Counted from the first letter of the stretch, positions 32,104 to 42,500 are shown. The stretch: DNA of 64,000 bases from an uncultured Chloroflexia bacterium (GCA_963712585.1 CAVQIH010000012.1:138210-202209), one strand, 5' to 3'. Notes: generated by a model from the sequence alone, not told the origin. Numbers and translations: made by a program.

Positions 32104-33568
32104 CTAGCGAGCGGCCGCGGCCGCCGGTCGCCGGCGGGCGGCGGCCGGGACCCCGACGCCGAGGTAGGCGACCCGCTCGGGCAGCTCGAGCTCGCGCAGG
32201 CTGTTGCGGCCGTCGAAGAGGACCTCGAGGTCCGGGAACCAGGCGAAGTCGAGGTCGCGCGAACAGCGGGTCGGCGGTCTGGGTGACGATCGCCCGGGCG
32301 TCGGCTCGGCGTCGCCCCAGCGCCACGGGCGTCGCGCCAGCAGCGCTCGATCTCGTCGGCCGACAGGAGCGGGTCGTAGGCCGAGACGCGGGCGCCGTGG
32401 AACGGCGAGCCGCTCGATCAGCGGCAGCGCCCGCGAGTAGGCCAGCTCCTTGACGCCGTCGCGGTAGGTCAGCCCGAGGACGAGGACGGGCACGCCCTCG
32501 AGGCCGCCGAGGGCTCGCTGGATCGCCTGGATGGCGACGCCCGACCTGGCCGTCGTTGACCCGCCGCGACAGCGTCGACGAGCTCCATCTCCGGGCGCCC
32601 GGCTGAGCAGGAAGTGCGGGTAGACCGGGATGCAGTGGCCGCCGACGCCGAGGCCCGGCTGGTGGATGTGGCTGTAGGGCTGGCTGTTGGCGGCCGCGAT
32701 GACCTCCTGGACGTCCACGCCGACCCGGTCGGCGTAGCGGGCGAACTCGTTGGCGAGGGCGATGTTGACGTCGCGGTAGGTCGTGTCGGCGAGCTTGCTG
32801 AACTCGGCCGCCTCGGCGCGAGCTCATCGCCACGACCTCGGCGTCGAGGACCGAGGCGTAGAAGCGCGGCCGCCCGGTCGGTCGAGGCCGGCCCGACCCC
32901 GCCGACGAGCTTCGGGTAGGTGGCCAGGTTGCGGAGCGCCGCGCCGCTGAAGAGCCGCTCGGGCGAGAAGGCGACGAAGAAGTCCTCGCTCGGCGCGCAG
33001 GCCGCTGGCGCGCCTCGAGGCGGGGCGTGAACCGGTCGCGCGTGTCGCCGACCGGCAGCGTCGTCTCGAAGATGACCAGTCGAGCCCGCGTGGACGCCCG
33101 GGCGCGATCGAGGCGACGGCGGCGTCCATGTAGCGGTAGTCGGGCTGCTGCTCGTCGTCGAGCATGACCGGCACGATGAGGACGACGACGTCGGACTCGC
33201 CGCGGCCGCGGCCGCCCCGTCGGTCGTCGCCCGGAGGCGGCCCGCCGCGTGGGCCTGCGGCGACGCGCTCGGCGAGGCCCGGCTCCTCCGTCCACGTGCG
33301 AGCGACCCGTCGTTGATCGCCGCCACGACGGCCTCGCTGGACGTCGACCGCGATGACGTGCCAGCCGTGCGACGCGAACTGGGCCGCCAGCGGCAGGCCC
33401 ATCTTGCCGGCGCCGACGACGGCGACCGTCCCGGCCGTGCCGGGCTCGCCGGTCCACGGCGCGACGCGACCGCGGCGGCGCCGTGGCGGCAGGGGCGCGC
33501 GGGCAGCTCGATCGAGCCGCCGAGCAGGCTCGGGCCGGCCGACGGTGGGGCGGTCGGTGATCGGTCAT
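32104..33568 (-). pseudogene. UDP-N-acetyl-hexosamine 6-dehydrogenase (WbpA/WecC-like nucleotide-sugar dehydrogenase), frameshifted
   Basis: The ATG at 33566-33568 overlaps the upstream stop as ATGA. Recognisable fragments are GKMGLPLAAQFASHGWHVIAVDV, VVVLIVPVMLDDE, VIAAANSQPYSHIHQPGLGVGGHCIPVYPHFLL and [27 protein letters not shown]. Confidence 0.75.
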
Positions 33569-34641
33569 GCGACGGGCAGCCTCGCGGCGAGGTCGGTCAG
33601 GTCGACCGGGTCGGCCGCTCGGCGGCGGCCTGCGAGGAGCGCGGTGGCGATGGCGACCGCCCACAGGCCGTCCTCGCCGTCGACGACCGGCCGGCCGCCG
33701 TCGCGGACGACCGCGCAGGAACGCGTCGAGCTCGGCGGCGAGCGGCTCGGCGTTGGCGACCGGGCAGCTCGGCGACGTCGCCCTCGAACGTCGGGGCGTA
33801 GCCGCCGATGAGCGTGCGGGTGCGTCGATGTCGGCGCTCGGGTGAAGGTGAGCCGCTGGGTCAGGTAGTCGAGCTCGAACATCCCCTCCTCGCCGACGAC
33901 CGACGAGCTGGCGCCGCTTGGCCGGCGTCAGCCAGTTGACGTCGAGCATGCCCGGTCGCGCCGGACGGGAAGTGGAGGAGCCCGAAGAGGAGGTCCTCGT
34001 GGGTCGGCGTGGATCCGCTGGGCCAGTCTCGGCGTAGACGCGGGTCGGCCGCTCGCCGGCGATCCAGCGACAGGATGTCCGACGTCGTGGGTGGCCAGGT
34101 CGATGGTCACGCCGACGTCGCGGATGCGGGCCGGGAACGGGCCCGGCCCGGCGGCTGGTGATCGCGTAGACGCGTGCCGAGCCAGCCGGCTCGCGAGCAG
34201 CCGCCCGAGCTCGCAGGACGGCCGGGTTGAAGCGCTCGACGTGGCCGACCTGGACCGGGACGCCCGCGGGCGCGGGCGGCGGCCACGATCCGCAGCCCCT
34301 CCTCGACGGTCGCCGCGAGCGGCTTCTCGACGAGGACCGGCGATGCCCGCGCTCGATCGCGGCCAGGGCGAGCGTCGAGGTGGGCGGTCGTCGGCGCGGC
34401 GATGACGACGGCGTCGAGCTCGGCCTCGGCGATCATCGCCAGCGGCTCGGCGAAGCCGCGGCGCGCCGGCTCGCGGCCGACGGCGGCGGCGAGCGCCTCG
34501 GCGACCGGGATCGGCGACGGCGACGAGCCGGACGCCGTCGCGGCGCGACGAGGACGCGCAGGTGGTTGCGGCCCATCGAGCCGAGGCCGGCGAGGCCGAC
34601 CCGGAGCGCGCGGTCGCCGGCCGGCGCCAGGCGCCGGTCAT
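33565..34641 (-). pseudogene. Gfo/Idh/MocA-family oxidoreductase (WbpB-like), frameshifted
   Basis: Recognisable fragments are VRLVAVADP, LDAVVIAAPTTAHL, PVLVEKPLAATVEEGLRIVAAA, VGVTIDLATHD and the C-terminus DGEDGLWAVAIATALL. Confidence 0.7.
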
Positions 34642-35765
34642 CGACGCGGCGCCGGCCGGCGACGCCGGCGCGCGGCCGGTGCGCCGACCGCGGCCCGGAC
34701 GGCGTCGATGACCGTCGCCTGCTCGTCGTCGGTCAGGCCCGGGAACATCGGCAGGGCGATCGTGCGCGCCGCGGCGGCGTCGGTCACCGGCAGGTCGGCG
34801 TGGAGGCCGCGCTCCATGACGTAGGCCTGGCGATGGACCGGGATCGGGTAGTAGACGTCCGCCCCGACGCCGGCCTCGCGCAGCTCCGGCCAGGATCGCG
34901 TCGCGCGGCGGGCCCGACGTCGATCGTGTACTGGTGGAAGACGTGGGTCCGGCCGTCCGGCGTCACCGGCAGGCGCGACCGGCAGGTCGGCGAAGGCCGT
35001 CGTCGTAGCGAGCCGCGATCGCCTGGCCGGCGGGCCGTGTTCCGCTCGAGCTTGTCGAGCTGGACGAGCCCGATCGCGGCCGCCGAGGTCGGTCATCCGG
35101 AAGTTGTAGCCGAGCATCTCGTAGTGGTAGCGCGCGCGCATCCCCTGGTTGCGGTAGAGGCGGAGCCAGTCGGCCAGGCGGTCGTCGTCGTGGTGACGAA
35201 GCCACCCTCGGCGGTGGTCATGTTCTTCGTCGCGTAGAGGCTGAACGCGCCGTGCCCGAAGCGCCCGCCCGGCGGCCCCGGAACGTCGCGCCGTGCGCCT
35301 GGCAGGCATCCTCGACGACCGCCAGCCCGTGGCGGTCGGCGATCGCCGTCGATCATGTCCATGTCGGCGACCAGGCCGAACAGGTGGACCGGCACGATCG
35401 CCCGCGTCCGGGGCGTGATCGCCGCCTCGATCCGGCTCGGCGTCGATCAGGTAGGTGTCCGGCTCGATGTCCACGAAGACCGGCGTCGCGCCCGGTGTAG
35501 AGGATGGCGTTGACCGTGGCGTTGAAGGTGTGGGAGACCGTGATCACCTCGTCACCCGGGCCGAGCCCGAGGCCGGCGAAGATCGCCATCAGGGCGACGG
35601 TGCCGTTGGCCATCGGCGACCGCATGCTTCGACGCCGCAGAACTCGGCCCAGCGCTCCTCGAGCTCGGCGACCTTGCGGCCCTGGGCGAGCATGCCGGAC
35701 GACAGGACCTCGGTGACGGCCTCGATCTCCTCGGGGCCGACGTCGGGGCGGGCGATCGGGATCAT
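34638..35765 (-). pseudogene. DegT/DnrJ/EryC1-family PLP aminotransferase (WbpE-like), frameshifted
   Basis: Recognisable fragments are [119 protein letters not shown] and VYYPIPVHRQ. Confidence 0.8.
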
Positions 35766-36439
35766 GCGGGCGACTCCTTGGCTGACGGCCGCGGGGTGCT
35801 CGACGAGCGCCTCCGGCATCGGGAACGTAGGCGTAGCGCCGCCCGCAGCGCGGCGCAGCGAAGCTCGTCGTCGGCGAGCGACTCCGGCTCGGCGGCGCGC
35901 CGGTCGCCGTCGCGTCGACCAGCCGCTGGCCGCAGGCGCAGACCCAGCCGAGGCGGCGGGCCGGGTTGCCGACCACGAGGGCGTGGTCGGGGACCGTCCG
36001 GGTGACGACCGCGCCCGCGCCCGACCGTGGCGAACCGGCCGACGTCGGTGCCGGCGACGACGACCGCGCCGGCGCCGATCGAGCAGCCGTCGCGGAGGAC
36101 GATCGGGCTGACCGTCCAGTCGTCCGCCCGGGCGAGCTCGCCCGTCGGCGGTGATCGCCGCGCGGGAAGCGGTCGTTGGTGAGGATCGCGCCGGGCCCGA
36201 TGAAGACGCCGTCCTCGACGGTCACGCCGTGGTAGACGAGCGCGCCGTTCTGGATCTTGACCCGGTCGCCGATGCGCGACGCCCTCGTCGATGAAGGCGT
36301 CGCGGCCGATGATGCACTCGGCGCCGATGCGGGCGCCCGTCCGGATCTGGGCCCGGTGCCAGATGCTGGTCCGGGGCCCGACCTGCACGTCGGCCTCGAG
36401 GTCGGCGGACGCGTGGACGCGCGCGGAGGGATCGATCAA
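35762..36439 (-). pseudogene. Left-handed beta-helix (hexapeptide) N-acetyltransferase (WbpD-like), frameshifted; TTG start tentative
   Basis: Recognisable fragments are IDPSARVHASADLEADVQVGPRTSIWHRAQIRTGARIGAECIIGRDAFIDEGV, VTVEDGVFIGPGAILTNDRFPR, VLRDGCSIGAGAVVVAGTDVGRFATVG and AGAVVTRTVPDHALVVGNPARRLGWVC. The stop overlaps the aminotransferase ATG as ATGA. Confidence 0.7.
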
Positions 36440-36536
36440 GGGTTCACGGACTCCTGTGGGGCCTTCCGGCGGGGCGGTCCGAGGCGCATGGAGTTGCGCA
36501 GCGACGGGGTCGAGTATAGCCGAGGCGTCGTCCGGG

Positions 36537-37259
36537 TCAGCTCCGGCGGCGCCGTCGCAGCAGCCCGACCAGCAGCCCGGCGACGACGCCAAAGGCGACC
36601 GCGCCACGCCAGTCGAAGAGCGTTCGGACGTCGCCCTCGGCCCGGAGTGCGACGACGACTCCCGCTCCGCCTTGGCTGATGCTCACCTGGTTGCCGATGA
36701 CCGAGACCGCCCCGCCCTGCTCGATGTGGACCGTGTTCCCGACGATCGTGCGGGCGCCACCCTGGTGAACGACGACCTCCCGAGCGAGCACGTTGGCCGC
36801 TCCGCCCTGCTCGAACGAGACCCGGCCGGCGACGATCCCGCCGACGAGACCGCGCTGCACCGAGACCGATTCGGCCCGGACTCCGCCGATCGCGCCCAGC
36901 GACACGGTGACGTCGCGCGCGGAGACCATGCCCATGGCACCCTGGCGCAGCTCCACGACCTCGGCGTTCAGGCCGGCCGTGGCGCCCGGTTGCGGGGAGG
37001 CCGCGGAGAGCGCCTCACCTGCGGGGACGTCGCTCGCGCCGGGTTCCGCGGCCGGCTTGGCGGCGCGGCGCCGAGCCTGGCCCGCTTTGCGCACCCGGGG
37101 CCCATCCCCTGTGGTGTCCACAGGCTCACCCGTGGAGGCGTGGGCGACCGCGGTGGCCGCCTCGCGGGCGGCTTCCATCTCGGCGTTGGCGAGCGCCTCC
37201 TCCTGGAGGGACGGCTCCGGCGGCTCGCCACTCGACGGCGTGGCGTTTTGGTCGCTCAT
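36537..37259 (-). CDS. Tail-anchored protein with a disordered acidic/Pro-rich N-terminus and seven to eight consecutive 15-residue repeats (family not recognised)
   Basis: This is an intact 240-aa ORF. The repeats are AEVVELRQGAMGMVS / ARDVTVSLGAIGGVR / AESVSVQRGLVGGIV / AGRVSFEQGGAANVL / AREVVVHQGGARTIV / GNTVHIEQGGAVSVI / GNQVSISQGGAGVVV. They are followed by GAVAFGVVAGLLVGLL and a RRRRRS C-terminus. Confidence 0.7.
   Translation of the reverse strand: MSDQNATPSSGEPPEPSLQEEALANAEMEAAREAATAVAHASTGEPVDTTGDGPRVRKAGQARRRAAKPAAEPGASDVPAGEALSAASPQPGATAGLNAEVVELRQGAMGMVSARDVTVSLGAIGGVRAESVSVQRGLVGGIVAGRVSFEQGGAANVLAREVVVHQGGARTIVGNTVHIEQGGAVSVIGNQVSISQGGAGVVVALRAEGDVRTLFDWRGAVAFGVVAGLLVGLLRRRRRS
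36651..36965 (-). repeat. 45-nt periodic coding repeat (7 units) inside the 36537-37259 gene
   Basis: The coordinates derive from residues 99-203 of the ORF. The period is exactly 15 residues, with consensus A-x-x-V-x-V-x-Q-G-G-A-x-x-V-x. Confidence 0.6.
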
Positions 37260-37399
37260 CGGGACACCTCTCGCAAAACGCCCATCGGCATCGGCCCATC
37301 GACGCCGGGCGTGATTCCGGTCGTACCGCGTCCAGCCTACCGCGATGGCAGCCCGACCGCGAGCGCGCAGGGTATCCGGCGAGGTATTCTCCGGCCGCC

Positions 37400-38608
37400 G
37401 TGACCCGAGGCCGCCAAGCTCTTCTCGCCGCCCTCGGCGTGGGCGCCCTTGCGACGGGCTTCCTCGCTGCCGTCCTGATGACGTCGCCGGGGCCGGCCCC
37501 GACCGGCGTTACCGCGGTCCCGAGCACGGCCGGTCCCGGCGCGTCCGGCACGGCACCCGGGGCAACCTCGGGGTCACCCGGGCTGGGGCCGACGGTCGCC
37601 CAGACCGCCCTCCCGACCGCCACGCCGAGCCCGACGCCGATCCTGGTTGCCGCGCCCTTGACCGGGCGGCTGGTCGATCCTGCGGCGGCGGCCCATCATC
37701 CGATCGCCGTCATGATCGATGACCTGTGGGCGGCCCGGCCACAGTCCGGCTTCACCGACGCCTCGATTGTCTGGCAAGCTCCGGCCGAAGGCGGCATCCC
37801 GCGGTACATGCTCATCTTCGGCGAGAACGTGCCCGAATCGGTGGGGCCGGTCCGGAGCTCGCGGTACTACTACATCGCCTGGGCGGCCGAGTGGCGGGCT
37901 GTCTACGTTCACGTGGGCGGGTCCCCCCAGGCGCTCCAGACCCTGCGGGCCGAGGGCCAGGGACAGCTCGTCTACGACGCGGACGAGTTCTCCTACGGAG
38001 GCAAGACGGGCTATCTCTGGCGGGTGACCGAACGGTACGCCCCCCACAATGTCTACAGCGACGGGATCCACCTTCGGAAGCTGGCCAGACGAGTTGGGGC
38101 GGCCGACGGGCCGATCACGCCGGTCTGGACGTTCGCCCCCGACGCGCCCCTGGCGGCGCGTCCCCAGGGCGGAGGGATCGAGCTCGCCTACCCGGCCAAC
38201 ACCATCCGCTACGACTACGACCGGCGCTCCAACACCTATCTGCGCTGGGCGAACGGCGAGAAGCAGGTCGACGCGGCGACCGGAAAGCGGGTGCGGCCCA
38301 AGAACGTGGTCGTCGTCTTCATGCGGTTCGGGCCGCTCAACGACGGGCACCCCCAGAAGGGACGTCTGGAAGCCGACGTCGTCGGTGAGGGGGCTGCGCT
38401 CATCGCCACCAACGGCCGAACGGTCAAGGGCACCTGGCGCAAGCACTCCCTCAGCGAGCCGACTCTCCTCTTCGATGACGGCGGCCAGCCAATCGTCCTC
38501 ACGGCCGGCCAGACCTTCGTCCAGGTCCTTCCCCTGGGCACGCCGGTCACGGTCCGCGACGGCAGCCCGGCGCCGCCGGCGCCGCGGAAGGGGCCCGCAG
38601 CGCGCTGA
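37400..38608 (+). CDS. DUF3048-domain secreted/lipoprotein-like protein
   Basis: This is an intact 402-aa ORF with a GTG start. It has an N-terminal hydrophobic anchor and a Pro/Thr/Gly linker. The DUF3048-type core reads PIAVMIDDLWAARPQSGFTDASIVWQAPAEGGIPRYMLIF ... SSRYYYI. Confidence 0.8.
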   Translation: MTRGRQALLAALGVGALATGFLAAVLMTSPGPAPTGVTAVPSTAGPGASGTAPGATSGSPGLGPTVAQTALPTATPSPTPILVAAPLTGRLVDPAAAAHHPIAVMIDDLWAARPQSGFTDASIVWQAPAEGGIPRYMLIFGENVPESVGPVRSSRYYYIAWAAEWRAVYVHVGGSPQALQTLRAEGQGQLVYDADEFSYGGKTGYLWRVTERYAPHNVYSDGIHLRKLARRVGAADGPITPVWTFAPDAPLAARPQGGGIELAYPANTIRYDYDRRSNTYLRWANGEKQVDAATGKRVRPKNVVVVFMRFGPLNDGHPQKGRLEADVVGEGAALIATNGRTVKGTWRKHSLSEPTLLFDDGGQPIVLTAGQTFVQVLPLGTPVTVRDGSPAPPAPRKGPAAR

Positions 38609-38630
38609 GCCGGGCCGGTATTCGGCTCAG
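38605..38630. terminator. 8-bp perfect hairpin (CTGAGCCG / CGGCTCAG, 10-nt loop) spanning both stop codons of the convergent DUF3048 and ppm1 genes
   Basis: The hairpin was read directly from 38601-38630. The TGA of the plus-strand gene and the TCA (TGA on the minus strand) of ppm1 both lie within the stem arms. There is no U-tract, so it is not a canonical intrinsic terminator. Confidence 0.3.
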
Positions 38631-39484
38631 CCCCGCCGGCGACCGATTCGGCCGCGGAGCTCGTCCCAGCGCAGCTGGAGGACGACCAGGAGGGCCTCGA
38701 CGACGATCCGCCGGGACATCTTGGACTGGCCGACCCGCCGGTCGCGGAAGGTGATCGGAACCTCCAGGATGCGGGCCCCGCCGCGATGGGCCCGGAAGGT
38801 CATCTCGATCTGGAAGACGTAACCGCCGGCGTGGATGCCGCCGAAGCGTATGCCCGCCAGGGTCGGCCCACGCCAGGCCTTGAAGCCGCCGGTCAGGTCG
38901 CGGACAGGCAGCCCCAGGATGAGTCGGGCGTAGAGGCTCCCGCCCCGCGAGACGATGCGGCGGCCGAGGCCCCAATCGACGACGCCACCACCCTTGGTAT
39001 AGCGCGACCCGATGGCCAGGTCGGCCAGGCCGGAGTGGACCGGGGCCAGCAGCGCCGGCAGATCTGCCGGATCGTGCGACCAGTCGGCGTCCATCTGGAC
39101 GACCTCGGTCGCGCCCGCGGCGAGGGCGACGCGAAAGCCATCGAGGTAGGCGCGCCCGAGCCCCTCCTTGCCGGCTCGATGACGGACCCGGACCCGCGCG
39201 TTCGCCCGGGCGAGCTCGTCCGCGAGCTGGCCCGTGCCGTCCGGCGAGGCGTCGTCGACGACGAGCAGGATCGCCCCGGGGAGACGCTCCAGGATCGCCG
39301 TGGCGATCTCGACGACGTTCTCGGCCTCGTTGTACGTCGGCAGGATCACCCACACACCCGAAGGCGTGTCCGCCGCGGGGACGCCGTCGGGTGCGGCCGC
39401 GGCAGGCGCGGGCTCGGTGGCGGGCGTCGGCCGGTCGGACGTAGTCGGCTCGGCCGTCGCGGATGGCTTCGATCGGGGGGGCAT
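38627..39484 (-). CDS. ppm1: Polyprenol-phosphate mannose synthase (GT2, Ppm1/DPM1-like)
   Basis: Recognisable blocks are VWVILPTYNEAENV, LVVDDASPDGTG, VVQMDADWSHDP, IGSRY and DLTGGFKAW. The start is taken at the ATG at 39482-39484, because the longer track ORF (to 39901) would overlap the upstream gene by about 390 nt. Confidence 0.8.
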   Translation of the reverse strand: MPPRSKPSATAEPTTSDRPTPATEPAPAAAAPDGVPAADTPSGVWVILPTYNEAENVVEIATAILERLPGAILLVVDDASPDGTGQLADELARANARVRVRHRAGKEGLGRAYLDGFRVALAAGATEVVQMDADWSHDPADLPALLAPVHSGLADLAIGSRYTKGGGVVDWGLGRRIVSRGGSLYARLILGLPVRDLTGGFKAWRGPTLAGIRFGGIHAGGYVFQIEMTFRAHRGGARILEVPITFRDRRVGQSKMSRRIVVEALLVVLQLRWDELRGRIGRRRG

Positions 39485-39513
39485 CGGGGCCAAGTGTAGG
39501 GGCCGCGAGGGCC

Positions 39514-42500
39514 CTATTGCACCGTGACTGTGGCGACGGACCGCTCGAGCCCGCCTCCCGTGTCGCGTCCGGAGACGACGATGACCGCCGGGCCGGCGCC
39601 GTCCCCAACGGTGAAGGTGACACGGTAGCGGCCACTCTTGACAGCCACGGCCGTGGCCTTCTGAGGAGCCAGCCCGACCTGAGTGAACGTCACCGTTGGG
39701 GCAGCGCGGAGTGGCTCGCTGGCCACGATGGTGAGGGTCAGGACATCGCCGGCGGCGGGCGTCGGATCGGACGGCGTGACCGCGAAGGCGTCGACGACGA
39801 CCGCCCGCCGGAGCTCGACCGTGCCGAGGCTGGTCCGGGCCGTCAGGAGCAGCGTGTAGCGGCCGGGGGTGACGAAGGCGCCGGCAGCCTTGCCGTCCCA
39901 CGTCCAGGGGTGGGTCCCGGCCTTGAGAGTGCGCTCCGACCAGGCGCCCCGGATGGCCGTCCCGCTCGCGTCGAGCACGGCCAGACGGGTGACGGCGGTC
40001 CTGGTGAGGGTGAACGTGACCCTGATCTTGGGGGCGATGGCGTCACCATCCTGGGGGTGGAACGCGGTCGGCGTGGCCCGCAGGAAGCCGGCGGTCCGAT
40101 CGACGATCAAGGGCAAGGTCTTGACGACGCGGTTGCCCACCGGATCGGCGAGATCGAAGGCTACGACGTAGGCGCCGTCGGCGGCCGCCTTGCCCTTACC
40201 GTCCCGCCCGTCCCAGCTGACCGTGCCGGTGGTCCCCGCCCCCTGCGTCCAGCGAGCCACGACGGTGCTCCCGTGGATCACGCGGACCTCGCCGGAGACG
40301 GCCATGTCGCTGGTCCAGGCGAGCGCCGCCCGGTCCGCGGTTCCGTCGCCGTCCGGGCTCACCGCGGCCGGGCTGACGCTGACCGTGAGGTTCGGGTCGG
40401 GCGTCTCGAGGATGACATCCCAGGACGCCGCGGCGGCGTTGCCCGCCCCGTCAAGGAGGCTCAACGCGACCCGATAGGTCCCGTCGACCAGGCGCCGGCC
40501 GGCATCGTCACGGCCGTCCCAGGTCACGGCCGCGTTCGTTCCCGGTCCGCTGATCGTGCGCACGGCAGGGCCCGGAGCGCCCTTCTCGAGCGGCGCGATC
40601 GCCACCGACCAGGACACTGCCTCGGGGGCGCTGCCGGTGACCTCGATGGCGTCCATTTGGCTGTCGCCGTCGGGTGAGAACGTCGTGGCCGAGATCGTCG
40701 AGCTCACCAGCGTCGGGGCGAGCGTGTCGATGGCGAGACCGAAGGCCTCCGGCTGCGGGCTGACGGTCGGGTTCGCGGACGGCCAGGCGTAGGTAACCGA
40801 CGCCGCCTTGCCGACCAGCTGGAGGACGTACGACCCGTCGGGCAGGGGGCTGCCTCCCACTCGCCCGTCCCACTCCCAGCGCCGTTGGCCGGCCGCCAGG
40901 GCGGTGAGAGGGATCGAACCCACGAGCGAGCCGTCGGGGCGGAAGATGTTGGCAGCCAGGGAACGCAGGGCGACCCGGTTCTTCCAGGTGACGGCCAGGC
41001 CGTCGCGGCTTCCGTCCCCGTTCGGCGAGAAGGTCCGCAGCGCCGCCCCGGCCGCGCCGATGCTGGGCGGGCCGGCGTCCCCGAACGCGACGCCGTACAG
41101 CCCTCCCAGGACGTAGGTGCTGCTGGGTGGCGAGGTAGCGCTGACATAGGTCGTCCCCGCCCTCGCGGCCGCCACCCAGACTTTCGCCTCGGGCGCGGTC
41201 ACGGTCCCCCACTCGGTGAGGGGGACACTGACCTGGTACCAGGTGTAGCCGCCGGCCGACCGGGGCCCGCCGGTGATCTCCATGAGCGTCCCTCGGCCGA
41301 TCGTCAGGACTCGGGTCGCCGACGTCGACGGATCGGTCCGCACCGCGACGGCCGAGGCAGTGACCTGGCCGAAGCCACCGACGGCGAGCTTGCCCGCGGC
41401 ACGATAGACGTCCCCGATGACCCAGTCGCCGAGGTTACCGAGCGCGTCGGTCGCCCGGACGCGGAAGGCGTAGCCGTGACCGCTCCGCCCCAGGTAGACC
41501 GCGCTCGTCGCGGAGGTGCCGAGCTGCCAGTCCCGCCATGCCCCGGCGTCGATCGAGACCTGGACGTCGTAGGAGACGACGCCCGAAGGGTCGGTCGCGG
41601 TCCAGCCGACGACGAATCCTTCGTCGGTCGTCTGGGGTGGCAAGACCACGATGCCCGCCACGGGAGGCGTCGTGTCGGGCGGCGGCGGGCCGGCGAACTT
41701 CTGGTGGAGAAGGGCCGTGAGCTCGGGGCGGATCCCGTCATAGCCGAGGGCCCACATCCCGACCCCGCGGAGGTTGTTGGCGATCGCCAGGTCGTACTTG
41801 AGCCCCAGCGACTGCGGGTCGTCGTAGTAGAGCTCCCGCCACGAGGTGACGCAGCCGTAGGTGGATGTGCAGTTCTCACGCTGGTAGGCCGTCCAGGGCG
41901 CCTGCTCCTCGTCGTCCCAACGGCGGCCGTTCTCGGTGGCCAGCTCGACGGCAACGTCGTACGTCGGGGCGGCCGGATACCCGTACTTCACCCCCGACTG
42001 CGTCTGGGCGCGGACCGCGTCGGACACAGTCGACCAGGCTCGACCGTAGTAGGGAATCCCCAGGATCAGCCGATCGGGCGAGACCCGGGTCTGGTACAGC
42101 GCGACCGTCTCGGTCAGGTCGTAGGCCGGGCCGGTCAGCGGCGAGATGGAGCCGGCGACCGACGAGCTGTCGATCCGGTAGTCGTAGCCCATGATGAAGA
42201 AGGCATCGACGCCGGCCGCGAGCAGGGCCTCGAGCTGGAAGTTCTCGGGCCGCCCGAAGGTGTCGACGGTGATCTGATAGCCCGGAGCATACGCGTCGAG
42301 CGCCGTCCGAAGGGTGCGGACGAGGTCGGTGAAGTCGGCCTCGTGGCCGGCCACGATCGGCTCGAAGTCCAAGTTGACGCCGTCGGCGCCGCGGTCGCGG
42401 ACGGCCGCCGCCAGCTGCGCGGCGAGGTTCGCCCGCGCTGCCGGGTCCCCGAGGAGACGGCCCTGGAGCGTGCGCTGGGTCGAGGTCCAGGCGAAGACCG

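Noticed and set aside
30959-33949. A 996-aa minus-strand ORF, along with 13327-15678 (783 aa), 20213-22423 (736 aa) and 8676-10112 (478 aa), could be read as single large proteins.
   Set aside because: Each is a chimera. Only short stretches are in the true frame of an underlying gene (epimerase, dehydrogenase, GT4, permeases, rdgB). The rest is out-of-frame read-through caused by the indels in the 9.8-36.3 kb block.
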